DNA of 38,123 nt from a virus (IMGVR_UViG_3300014613_000054:1-38123), one strand, 5' to 3'; shown: positions 8,371 to 17,174, numbered from the stretch's first letter. The notes: generated by a model from the sequence alone, not told the origin. A program made the numbers and translations.

Positions 8371-8644
8371 CGAAACGACGCCAGTAGTTCCGGTTACACC
8401 TGGAACGAAAACGAGTGAGTATGAGGTTGCGCAAAGCGCCAACGTCTGGTCCAGTATCGGGCTAATTCTTGGCGTCATTATTAGCGTTGGATCAACGGTG
8501 ATCCCACAAGCGCCGGGCGATAGCAAATGGGGTATAATCGGCGGCGTCGTGCTGGCGGTGGTGAGCCAGATCTACGATTGCCTTGCGAAGCTGGGCTACA
8601 TCAAGAGCCGCACTGATGTGAAGGTTTCATCAAGCGTAAAATGA
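8363..8644 (+). CDS. Putative holin (2 TM)
   Basis: AAGGAG RBS, PGxKTSE N-terminal motif, two hydrophobic helices and a basic C-terminus (SRTDVK). Sits between endolysin and spanins. Confidence 0.7.
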   Translation: MPNETTPVVPVTPGTKTSEYEVAQSANVWSSIGLILGVIISVGSTVIPQAPGDSKWGIIGGVVLAVVSQIYDCLAKLGYIKSRTDVKVSSSVK

Positions 8645-8790
8645 GCAGTTGGGTTATTACGCTTATTACCGAACTGCTTGTTAGCTTGGTGAAGTTTTTC
8701 TTTTCGACGAAAGAGGAAACTCATGCGGTGGATAGCAAGACTGATACCGATTTGCGCACTCGTTTGCGTAATAAGTTGCGCAACAGTTAA
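8641..8790 (+). CDS. Putative inner-membrane spanin (49 aa, not in ORF track)
   Basis: ATGA overlap with the holin stop. MSSWVITLITELLVSLVKFFFSTKEETHAVDSKTDTDLRTRLRNKLRNS. Overlapped by a lipoprotein gene. Confidence 0.6.
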   Translation: MSSWVITLITELLVSLVKFFFSTKEETHAVDSKTDTDLRTRLRNKLRNS

Positions 8791-8941
8791 GACTGTTTAC
8801 GTTCCAGAAGGCGGCCCAGTGCGCTTGCGTGAGACAGTTCCTAATGCTAAAGTGTGGGTCCAAGATGAGAAAGGCGTTTGGGTGGAAGCAACGTTTGATT
8901 TGCCTGCCGGCTGGTACGCTTTGTCCGATAATATAAGGTAG
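8723..8941 (+). CDS. Putative outer-membrane spanin lipoprotein
   Basis: GAGGA RBS and lipobox-like VISC after a hydrophobic signal. Overlaps the preceding gene in another frame (Rz/Rz1-like layout). Confidence 0.65.
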   Translation: MRWIARLIPICALVCVISCATVKTVYVPEGGPVRLRETVPNAKVWVQDEKGVWVEATFDLPAGWYALSDNIR

Positions 8942-8950
8942 GGAATTTCG

Positions 8951-8992
8951 CAATTATTGATATGGCCGAAAAATGGACGATAAAATAATTGC
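8951..8992 (+). promoter_or_regulatory. 42-bp dispersed element, copy 3
   Basis: CAATTATTGATATGGCCGAAAAATGGACGATAAAATAATTGC, between the lysis cassette and the next gene. Confidence 0.7.
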
Positions 8993-9018
8993 ATTACAAC
9001 TTACGGAGGTATAACTAA

Positions 9019-11052
9019 ATGAAGACTAGATTGGTGTTTCTGTTTGCGCTCGTCCTTGCGCTGCAAAACTTTAGTTTTGCTTCTACTGAGGGTGATTTGA
9101 TTCGGCTTGGTATCTCGCTTACGAACAACACGATGACGTTTAAGGCTACTAGTGCAAGTAGCACGCTTAGCGTTCTTAAGTTTCTGTCTGTGTCGTCTTC
9201 ACCAGCAGCGTCTGACGCATTTAAGATGCAGTTTTATGGTGAAACGAGTACAGGAGCTAGTGCTGAGTATGGAGAATTGCAGTTCATTACCACTGATGTT
9301 ACTAACGCTTCAGAAGATGCTACGTTCAATATCAGTGTTATTACCGCAGGCACGTTAGCCAATGAGCTTGTGCTTTCCGGGGCTGCGTTATATCCATATA
9401 CAGCTAGTGGCCTTGACTTAGGCTTGACGGGTACTAGGTTTAAGGACTTGTATCTTAGCGGCTCTATTTACGCTACTGGCGGCGTCGGCAGTGGCGGGGC
9501 GTTGTCAGGAACAACGCTGGACATTAGTGGTAACTTCCACCAGACCGGCGGCAGCACGCATACTGATTTGCAAGATACTACCGTTACCGGCACGTTGTTA
9601 GCAACCGGAACAATTACTGGTCAGTCTACGGTTACGGCCACGGGGTTTACAATTGGTAGCGCGGCCATCGTTGAAGCTGAGCTTGAGCAATTGGATACGG
9701 TGACTGCCGGCACGGTAGCGGCAAACAAGGTCATCGTAGTGGATGGAGCCAAAGCGGTCGATGCTTTGAAGGCATATGGTGATGTAACTGCTGGCAGTGT
9801 CACTACTACAGGCACGCTGACCGCAGCGAGCGTGACTGTTGGCGATGCTGTGCTTACAGAGGCAGAGCTTGAGACCATTGATACCATTACAGCGGGAGTA
9901 GCGACAGCGAGCAAAGCGCTGATTCTCGACTCTGCTAAGGCCGTAGATGCGCTAAAGGCTTACGGAGCGGTAACGGCTGGTAGCCTGGTGACGACAGGCA
10001 CTTCTACTCTGGTTGCTGTTAATGCTAGTGGTAATATTCATCAGAGTGGCAGTACTCATACTGATTTGCAGGACACTACAGTTACTGGTACGCTGTTGGC
10101 TACTGGAGCGATTACCGGTCAGTCTACAGCAGAGTTTACAGGAGCAGTTACTGCTACTGGTGGTGTTACGTTTGCTAACGGTGAAACGCTTACTAACGCT
10201 AGTGATGTAGCAATTATCACGTACAACGGTGCTGCTGCAACCGTAGGTGGTTTTAAGTTGCTGTCGCATTCTGCTTCGCCAGCTAACAATGATGCTTTGT
10301 ATATAGGATTTAGCGCCTATACTGTAGGTGACGTTGGCTTAAATGAGGCAGTGTTAGCACGCATTATTGCTACAGAGACAGATGGAACGTCAACATCTTT
10401 AAACTCCACACTTACCTTTACACTGCAAACTGACGGGAGCGATCTTTCTACGCCAAATGGTGAACTTGTCCTTTCTGGTGCTGCGCTATACCCGTTTGCT
10501 GATAGTGGTCTTGACTTAGGCATTTCTGGAACCAACGACTTTCAAAACTTGTATCTTTCTGGCAATGCTGTCGTTGGTGGATCTATTACCAGAACGTCGC
10601 AAGTTTATACGTTCACTGACATGAAGGTTTCGAATGCCGGCGGCACGGACTGGGTGATCACCGATGACACTAACAAGGCGACTCTTGCGGCATCCCAAAC
10701 CAGTGAGACGTTGATCGTCAAAATTACTGGGCTTCACGTTGGGGACATCATTACTAAAATGAATCTGCTGGGACAGGTCGAATCGGACGGCAGCGCGGTT
10801 ACGATTGACGCCGATTTGCGTGTCATTACATCCGTTGCGGCTGATTTGACGGATGCTTCAGTCGGCGCAATTGTTAGGCCAACTGTTGCGGGAGATACAG
10901 CTTTGAATAGCACGGCAACGCATGGCGTGACCGCGACGCTGGACCATACGATCACGTCGAATGAAACATTTTACGTGAAAGTCACCGGCACGACTGCGGC
11001 GTCAACGGACATCGCTCTGCAAGGCGTTCAGTTGACGGTTACGCAGAACTAA
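9019..11052 (+). CDS. Fibre-like Thr/Gly/Ala-rich protein with signal peptide and nested internal repeats
   Basis: GGAGGT RBS and MKTRLVFLFALVLALQNFSFA|S signal. Duplicated blocks ELVLSGAALYP..SGLDLG, THTDLQDTTVTGTLLATG and EAELE..D..TAG...AKAVDALKAYG. Confidence 0.7.
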   Translation: MKTRLVFLFALVLALQNFSFASTEGDLIRLGISLTNNTMTFKATSASSTLSVLKFLSVSSSPAASDAFKMQFYGETSTGASAEYGELQFITTDVTNASEDATFNISVITAGTLANELVLSGAALYPYTASGLDLGLTGTRFKDLYLSGSIYATGGVGSGGALSGTTLDISGNFHQTGGSTHTDLQDTTVTGTLLATGTITGQSTVTATGFTIGSAAIVEAELEQLDTVTAGTVAANKVIVVDGAKAVDALKAYGDVTAGSVTTTGTLTAASVTVGDAVLTEAELETIDTITAGVATASKALILDSAKAVDALKAYGAVTAGSLVTTGTSTLVAVNASGNIHQSGSTHTDLQDTTVTGTLLATGAITGQSTAEFTGAVTATGGVTFANGETLTNASDVAIITYNGAAATVGGFKLLSHSASPANNDALYIGFSAYTVGDVGLNEAVLARIIATETDGTSTSLNSTLTFTLQTDGSDLSTPNGELVLSGAALYPFADSGLDLGISGTNDFQNLYLSGNAVVGGSITRTSQVYTFTDMKVSNAGGTDWVITDDTNKATLAASQTSETLIVKITGLHVGDIITKMNLLGQVESDGSAVTIDADLRVITSVAADLTDASVGAIVRPTVAGDTALNSTATHGVTATLDHTITSNETFYVKVTGTTAASTDIALQGVQLTVTQN

Positions 11053-11067
11053 GTAAGGAGCACTTTA

Positions 11068-13053
11068 GTGCCGCCAATTATTACAAATCCAGACTCCGTA
11101 CTCGATACGCGTTACAGTTCTAATGAGCTGGCAAGATATAGGTATCCTGGTGACCTAGACTTACGCCCTGGATCTGAGCTACATAAAAAGATTGTTAACG
11201 AAGTCATGATTCGTGCTCGCGAATCGCGTAATGTTACACAATCCCGTGAATCTCAGTGGAACCTACTTGAGCACTCGCTTACAGCGTACGTGCCTAAGAG
11301 TGAGAAGGAGCGGTTGGTTCAGGAAAAAGACTCGAGAAAGCCAGTTTCCGTTGTTGTTCCCGTTACGTACGCTGCGCTTGATACACTGATGACTTACTGG
11401 GTCGGTGCGTTCTTGAAAGAGCCACTGTTTCCGTACCGTGGCGTTGGCCCGGAGGACATGATTGGCGCGGCTGTGCTTGAGCAAGTTATTGCTACGCAAG
11501 CTCGTAGAGCTAAAATGGGTCTGGATTTGTATACTATGTGGCGTGACGCTCTAGTTTACGGCTTTGGTGCTATGACGTTGCAGTGGGAAGTCACTAAAGC
11601 CCTTAGGCCAGTAGCTAAACCACGTGGCGTGCTCTCCACGTTAGGCAGTTGGCTAAATCTAGGCGGTAAAGAAGAAGCAGTCGAGACCGTGGTTTTTGAA
11701 GGCAATAGGTTGGCACCAATTGATCCGTATATGCTACTGCCTGACCCTAACGTTCCTATTACTGCCGTGCAGCGTGGCGAGTATGTAGGCTGGGGCGTAA
11801 AAGAGAATTATCCTGGCTTACTTAGTCAAGAGGTTCAGTCCGACGGAGCGATGTTTAACGTTAAGTACCTAAAGGATGCTTCTGGCAGTTCTAGTTTATG
11901 GACTGCGTCCATGCAAGCGCGTGACAGATTTACGCCGGATAGGCCAACTACGCACCTTACAAGCAGGCCGATATACGTAATTTACATGTATATTAATCTA
12001 ATTCCTGCTGAATGGGGGCTGGGCGAGCTTGAACGCCCGCAAAAGTGGCTTTTTGGCATTGGTGAAGAGAGCATAGTTCTCCGTGCAGAGCCGTGCACTA
12101 ACTACCATGGCATGTTTCCAGCGGTTATTTGTGCTCCTGATAGCGACGGACATAGTGCAATGCCTACTTCTAAGCTTGAAGTTAGCTACGGCTTGCAAAT
12201 GACTGTGGATTGGCTCCTCTCGTCGCATATTACTAACGTTAGAAAAGCCCTTAACGACATGTTTATTGTTGACCCGTTGCGGATCAACATGGAAGACGCT
12301 AGAAATCCTGGTCCTGGCCGTTTTATCCGCTTGCGCGAAGGGGCTTGGGGGACTGGCGTTGAAGGCGCAATTAAACAGTTTCCTGTTTCTGACGTTACGC
12401 AGCAGCATATTGCTAATATTCCACTACTTTTGGATTTAATTCAGCGTTCTACCGGGGTCGTTGATATAGTTCAAGGCATTATGCGCTCTGGCGGGGAACG
12501 CCGCAGCGCTGAGGAAGCTCGTGGAGCACGGTTAAGTGCGCTTTCGCGTTTGGAACGCATGTCCCGGTTAGGCTCTATGCAAGCGCATTGGGATTTACAA
12601 TATATGCTTGCAAGTCAAACGCAGCAATATATTAGTGAATCTGGTAGAGTTAACGCTGTAGGCCAACTGGCTGAGGTTTTGGAAAAAGAACGTAGCAAGC
12701 CCAGAGGCAGTGTGCGTTCTTGGCCGTTTAGCCCAACTGATTTGCTTGTTGATTACGATATTATGCCAGCAGATGGTGGCGTACTAGGCGGGGAGTTTGC
12801 AGATACTTGGGTGCAACTGCTACAAACTGTGCTTTCTGGCCAGACGCCCGCAGCAGCGGAGCTTCAGCAGAGACTTGACGTTACACGGCTGTTCTTGCAC
12901 GCTGCTAGAATAATGGGAGCTAAGAATATCGAAGACTTCTTGCGTACTACAGATACTCCGATGCAAATGCAAGTAGTGCCTAACGAGCAAGCCGGCAATA
13001 TGGCTGCTTCTGGCGAGTTGGTTCCAATGGAGCAAATGGCAAATGAGTATTAG
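11068..13053 (+). CDS. Portal protein
   Basis: 661 aa with AAGGAG RBS and GTG start. Podovirus portal-like features (DALVYGFG, IDPYMLLPDP, RSAEE). Precedes scaffold and capsid. Confidence 0.85.
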   Translation: MPPIITNPDSVLDTRYSSNELARYRYPGDLDLRPGSELHKKIVNEVMIRARESRNVTQSRESQWNLLEHSLTAYVPKSEKERLVQEKDSRKPVSVVVPVTYAALDTLMTYWVGAFLKEPLFPYRGVGPEDMIGAAVLEQVIATQARRAKMGLDLYTMWRDALVYGFGAMTLQWEVTKALRPVAKPRGVLSTLGSWLNLGGKEEAVETVVFEGNRLAPIDPYMLLPDPNVPITAVQRGEYVGWGVKENYPGLLSQEVQSDGAMFNVKYLKDASGSSSLWTASMQARDRFTPDRPTTHLTSRPIYVIYMYINLIPAEWGLGELERPQKWLFGIGEESIVLRAEPCTNYHGMFPAVICAPDSDGHSAMPTSKLEVSYGLQMTVDWLLSSHITNVRKALNDMFIVDPLRINMEDARNPGPGRFIRLREGAWGTGVEGAIKQFPVSDVTQQHIANIPLLLDLIQRSTGVVDIVQGIMRSGGERRSAEEARGARLSALSRLERMSRLGSMQAHWDLQYMLASQTQQYISESGRVNAVGQLAEVLEKERSKPRGSVRSWPFSPTDLLVDYDIMPADGGVLGGEFADTWVQLLQTVLSGQTPAAAELQQRLDVTRLFLHAARIMGAKNIEDFLRTTDTPMQMQVVPNEQAGNMAASGELVPMEQMANEY

Positions 13054-13303
13054 GCTGACTTCCCGACAGGTCAGAGAATTTAAAGAGAACGTAGTTTGGC
13101 AAGAAATTGAAGCCATCTTGCGTGCTCGTATTAGGTTCTTAAACCGTGAGTTAGGTGACGTAACCAAGTCGCGTGACGATGACATGGTTAATAAAGGATG
13201 TAAAACCGAGGTATCGGCAATACAGGCTATACCCGATGAGTTGCTTGGCGAAGCCGAAGCTCGTGAACGCGAAGCTATCGAATCGTCAATGAGAGGTGAT
13301 TAG
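13043..13303 (+). CDS. Small hypothetical protein following the portal
   Basis: Helical 86-aa ORF overlapping both neighbours, in the typical position between portal and scaffold. Confidence 0.7.
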   Translation: MSIRLTSRQVREFKENVVWQEIEAILRARIRFLNRELGDVTKSRDDDMVNKGCKTEVSAIQAIPDELLGEAEAREREAIESSMRGD

Positions 13304-14192
13304 GATGTTTAAGTTGAATTGGCTACTTCGTAGCCCAGACGCGGTGAATAGTAGTGATATTACTACTATGCTTGATGACGTTGCGCCGGAAATTGTTACA
13401 GTGCCGGACCCAGATTTGCCAAAGCCAGACGTAACGGCTGCGCCTAAGCCAGCTTCAACGCCAGTGGTGCCCGAGCCAGTTGTAGAGCCAGCTCCTGTTG
13501 CTCCCAAGCCGGGGGTCGTGGCTACTCCGTCACCAGAACCTGAACCTCCAGCACCGCCTACGGTTGACAGTTTGGCTGCTTTAACCGAGCTTCTAGGCAG
13601 TATGGTTTCTGGCTCAACGCCAGAAAAGCCAGTAGCACCTAGTGCTCCACCAGCAGTGCCGGAAGCTAAAGTTGTTCCTGTTACTCCTACACGCGGTCCT
13701 AAAGATTACGTGACCGCGGAAAAGCTTGCAGAGCTTTACGGTGATCCTGCTGTGTTCAATGCTCTGTTGAATCAAGTACGCAGTGATGCTCGTGAAGAAG
13801 CTCGCGAGGAGTTTTTACTTAATGCTCCACCAATGCTTGCGCACGTAGCAAGGACAGAAGTTGCTCGGCACGTGTTGGCGCTGGACTTTTTTAAAGCCAA
13901 TCCCGATCTTGCACCGTATAGGCAACTAATTGGTTTGGTTGCCAACGCTATGCAGTCGAAAGATCCTGCGCTTAATGATGAAAAGACCTTGGCCGAGTCT
14001 GCCAAGCTCGTTCGTGCGTTGCGTAGCAGCGGAAGTATTCCTGCTGCGCCAGCAACTACCCCCGTGCCGGTGGCCACACCACGTGGCGGAAAGCAAGGTG
14101 GCGTAGCGCCAGCTCCTGGAGCCAGGTCTGCACCAGGTGTTGCAATGACTCCCGCGCAGAAGAAAATAGCGGAGTTACTTGACTTTGATTAG
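13296..14192 (+). CDS. Putative capsid scaffolding protein
   Basis: Pro-rich disordered N-terminus, helical middle and short C-terminal helix. Lies between portal and capsid. Start may be ATG 13305. Confidence 0.65.
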   Translation: MIRMFKLNWLLRSPDAVNSSDITTMLDDVAPEIVTVPDPDLPKPDVTAAPKPASTPVVPEPVVEPAPVAPKPGVVATPSPEPEPPAPPTVDSLAALTELLGSMVSGSTPEKPVAPSAPPAVPEAKVVPVTPTRGPKDYVTAEKLAELYGDPAVFNALLNQVRSDAREEAREEFLLNAPPMLAHVARTEVARHVLALDFFKANPDLAPYRQLIGLVANAMQSKDPALNDEKTLAESAKLVRALRSSGSIPAAPATTPVPVATPRGGKQGGVAPAPGARSAPGVAMTPAQKKIAELLDFD

Positions 14193-14207
14193 AAAGGAAC
14201 AAATAAT

Positions 14208-14600
14208 ATGGCACTTGAACGAACTGCTAGTGAGTTGTATCGTCAGTGGCAGCTACATAGGTTAACCAGTACAGAAACTGCTGAGCGGTTACAAATTGGA
14301 GTTAATGAATTTGTAACGCTACTTACGTTAGGCGACTATGACGAAGTGCTGGTGTGCCTGCCGCCAGTGGGTAAGGCTGCCGGTAATATTTATACTATTA
14401 TCGTTGACTCTCTTTCCGGCTCTGGAACCGCCTGGGTTGTGCCTTACGGTACTTCAGTGTATTCTACGCCAACCGATGGTGATGATGCTTTGTTTGGTTC
14501 GACAGTCGGCGCCGGCGTTGCCTTTGCTACCGTCAACGATAGGTGTGCTGTCTACTCAGACGGTTTACATTGGTACGTTATTTCTTCGATGCTTACTTAA
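14208..14600 (+). CDS. Putative capsid decoration/head-fibre protein, paralog A
   Basis: 130 aa with AAGGA RBS. LPPVG...YSDGLHW fibre-like domain, upstream of the capsid gene. Confidence 0.6.
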   Translation: MALERTASELYRQWQLHRLTSTETAERLQIGVNEFVTLLTLGDYDEVLVCLPPVGKAAGNIYTIIVDSLSGSGTAWVVPYGTSVYSTPTDGDDALFGSTVGAGVAFATVNDRCAVYSDGLHWYVISSMLT

Positions 14601-14617
14601 TTAGGAGGTAAAAACTA

Positions 14618-15010
14618 ATGGTTGCTGATCGTACGTTACATGAGTTCTACCGTCAGTGGAATCCAGCACTGCACACTGTTGCGGCTAACGACGAAAGGGT
14701 TCAGATCGACGTCAATGAGCCAGTTTCGCTGGTTAACCTTGCTGCATATACCGGCGTGTTTATCCTGCTTCCACCAGTTGGGCAGAGTGTCGGTAAGATA
14801 TTTACTGTCATTTGCTCTAATCGCTCTAGTTCTGGAGAAGGAAAGGTTGTTCCTTTTGGAACGATTACGTACGCTACCCCTACAGACGGAGACGACGCGT
14901 TAATGGGATCTACTGTTGGGGCCGGTGTTGTGTTTAATGGCACTAATGATAGATGTTGTGTCTACTCAGATGGGCTACATTGGTACGTTCTTTCTTCGAT
15001 GTTGTCGTAA
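14618..15010 (+). CDS. Putative capsid decoration/head-fibre protein, paralog B
   Basis: 130 aa with AGGAGGT RBS. Shares TPTDGDDAL.GSTVGAGV.F...NDRC.VYSDGLHWYV.SSML with paralog A. Confidence 0.6.
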   Translation: MVADRTLHEFYRQWNPALHTVAANDERVQIDVNEPVSLVNLAAYTGVFILLPPVGQSVGKIFTVICSNRSSSGEGKVVPFGTITYATPTDGDDALMGSTVGAGVVFNGTNDRCCVYSDGLHWYVLSSMLS

Positions 15011-15042
15011 CTCAATTCCTGAATTTATGGAGGTAAATTACA

Positions 15043-17170
15043 ATGGCTTTTCTTGGAATGCGTCAACTATAGACCGGCGCATTTAAAACTGCTTTAAAAC
15101 GGTGAACAACTTGCTTAGCAAGTCAATACCGTGCCAAGCCGATACGGAAGGTGTAACGAGCATGGATCAAAAGGAACTGATTGGAGCATTATATTGGATG
15201 GTGTTAGGCGATGGAAGTTTAGGTATGCAACCTAGAAGCAAACAAGCATTCTTTCAACTAACACATATTCCAGAATACGCAGACTACTTAAAGGCCAAGG
15301 CTGAAATACTAGAGGAAGTTACTTCAGTGACGATTAAACAATACTTTCACAGCAGAGCGGGTAAGTACTTCTTACAGCTTTATGCTGGGGCTAATCCAGT
15401 GTTTACTGCTCTATATCGTGAGTTGTATTCTTACGGTCGTAAGGTATTGACCCCTCACGCGTTAAAGGTACTTACTCCTAGAGCATTGGCCATTCTATTT
15501 CAGGATGACGGGCGTTGTAATGAAGAGCACTACTGTGTATCCATTAACAAACCAATGTTTACTAAGCTTGAAATGGAAGCGTTGGCAAAAGCAATTGTTG
15601 ATCGTTATGGACTTATTTTTAGGGTTCGTAAGTCTGCTGTATTAAAAGATGGCAGTCAGGGTTATGAGCTTGCTCTGCGTTACAAAGACTGGCCTAAATT
15701 TGTAGCACTTATTAGCCAGTATGTTGCTCCAAGTATGCAGTATAAGATCCCAAAAGGCAGCTTTCAGGAACCTCCTGAAATGGTGATGTGCTCTGAGCTG
15801 CACGGTGACGTGCAGAGTTTGGCAGAAATGACCAAGCCGCTACCTGCCTAGGTAGTGTAACAATACTGGGAACTGGCGATTGGGTTACTAACCAAATGCC
15901 AGAAACTTATAGAGAAAAAATCCTGATGCTTTATCCTAATGGCAGTATGCCAATTACAGCTATTACTTCTAAGATGAAGAGTCAGAAAGTCGAGCAGCCG
16001 ATCTTCCACTGGTGGGAGCAGACGCTGCCAACGCAAAGTGTAACTGTCACGGCTGGGGAGGTTTACATCGACTCAGCTATGGCGACCGCGTATGTTCGTA
16101 CTACACATCAGGCTATTTACGGCATTGATGGCGGCGTTGTTTACGTAAAGATGACGCTTGCTAACTCGCGTAATTTTAAGCCTGGGCATTTGGTCCTGCT
16201 CCGTGATGCAAGTGACTTGCCTGTGGACGTGCATGGCAAGGTCGTTTCGCGGTTTGAAAATGGTGCAAGCAGCAATATTGGCGTGCAGCTTTTAGAAGCT
16301 GACGATAACGGTAGCACTGCTTCGTCGTATAACCTTGCTACAGTCGATACCGTCATGATCTACGGCTCGGCGTACTCTGAAGGCGCTGAGCGGCCAGAGG
16401 CCGTTGCGTACGATCCAACAGAGCGGACTAGCTACTGTGGGTTGATGCGGACGGCTGTTGACCTTACCGGCACGGCGTACGCTGCAAAATTGCGTACTGG
16501 TACTGATCCACTAAGAGAAGCCCGTCGGCAGGCTCTTGAGCTGCACGGGATTGAAATGGAACGGTACTGGATTTGGGGCATCTTGAAAACTACTACGGGA
16601 GCCAACGGCAAGCCAGAACGTTACTCCGAAGGTATTGTCGAATACATTCGTAGCTACGCCTCTGACAACGACCTTAACTACGCCACTGACGCTACTTACA
16701 GCGGTCAAACCTGGGCTTCTGGCGGTGAGGACTGGCTTGATGCTTCCTGTGCAACGTTGTTCAAGTACGGCAAGACTGAAAAGCTTGCATTGTGCGGTTA
16801 CGGTGCCCTTGCTGGCATTAACAGAGTTGCTAAGCTTGGTGGCAATATCAATCTTACTCCTAAGACTATGGACTACGGTCTTAAAGTTGTTGAGTATGTT
16901 ACTCCGTTTGGCGTGCTCTACTTGATGCGGCATCCGCTGTTTTCGCAAGACGCTACTACCGCTAACATGATGCTTGTAATTGAGCCAGATCGGCTTGTTT
17001 ACTCATACCTGCGTGACACGCACTTGAAGATTGACAAAACTTGGCAGGATGGTGGTGGTACTGGACTTGACGCTATTCAAGAAGAGTACTTGACCGAAGC
17101 TGGTATGGAGATTCACAATCCAGAGTGCTTCGGGATTCTGAACGGAGTTGGTTCGGATAGCACTGTTTAA
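15043..17170 (+). CDS. Major capsid protein, spliced: join(15043..15063,15869..17170), 440 aa
   Basis: GGAGGT RBS before ATG 15043. Exon 1 MAFLGMR joins in frame to GTGDWVTNQMPETYREKILMLYPNG. Capsid-like motifs (FHWWEQ, EMERYWIWG, EYVTPFGVL, YLTEAGMEI) and position. Confidence 0.88.
15064..15868 (+). mobile_element. Group I self-splicing intron (805 nt) in the major capsid gene
   Basis: Exon ends in U. P1 AAUGCGU/GCGCAUU (15077-15083) has U.G at the splice site. P3 15089-95/15754-60, P4 15099-104/15127-32, P7 GAGCA 15158-62/UGCUC 15789-93, P8 15762-80, P9 CUGCAC-GGUGAC-GUGCAG 15798-815. Terminal G at 15868. Confidence 0.9.
15162..15851 (+). CDS. Intron-encoded LAGLIDADG homing endonuclease (two-motif type)
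   Basis: Motifs ALYWMVLGDGSL and ALAILFQDDG, with C-terminal YVAPSMQYKI. Start reassigned to ATG 15162 (AAGGTG upstream). Confidence 0.9.
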   Translation: MDQKELIGALYWMVLGDGSLGMQPRSKQAFFQLTHIPEYADYLKAKAEILEEVTSVTIKQYFHSRAGKYFLQLYAGANPVFTALYRELYSYGRKVLTPHALKVLTPRALAILFQDDGRCNEEHYCVSINKPMFTKLEMEALAKAIVDRYGLIFRVRKSAVLKDGSQGYELALRYKDWPKFVALISQYVAPSMQYKIPKGSFQEPPEMVMCSELHGDVQSLAEMTKPLPA

Positions 17171-17174
17171 GGCA

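Noticed and set aside
4598-11052. Diversity-generating retroelement or invertible fibre cassette
   Set aside because: No reverse transcriptase or invertase. The repeats I saw look like ordinary protein-level duplications, not adenine-specific TR/VR pairs.
15102-15161. N-terminal extension of the endonuclease from GTG 15102
   Set aside because: It lies within intron P4-P6. The first LAGLIDADG motif follows shortly after ATG 15162, which has an SD-like sequence.
15896-17170. Capsid protein starting at ATG 15896
   Set aside because: No RBS there. The frame extends upstream to the intron 3' splice site and joins an exon with a strong RBS.
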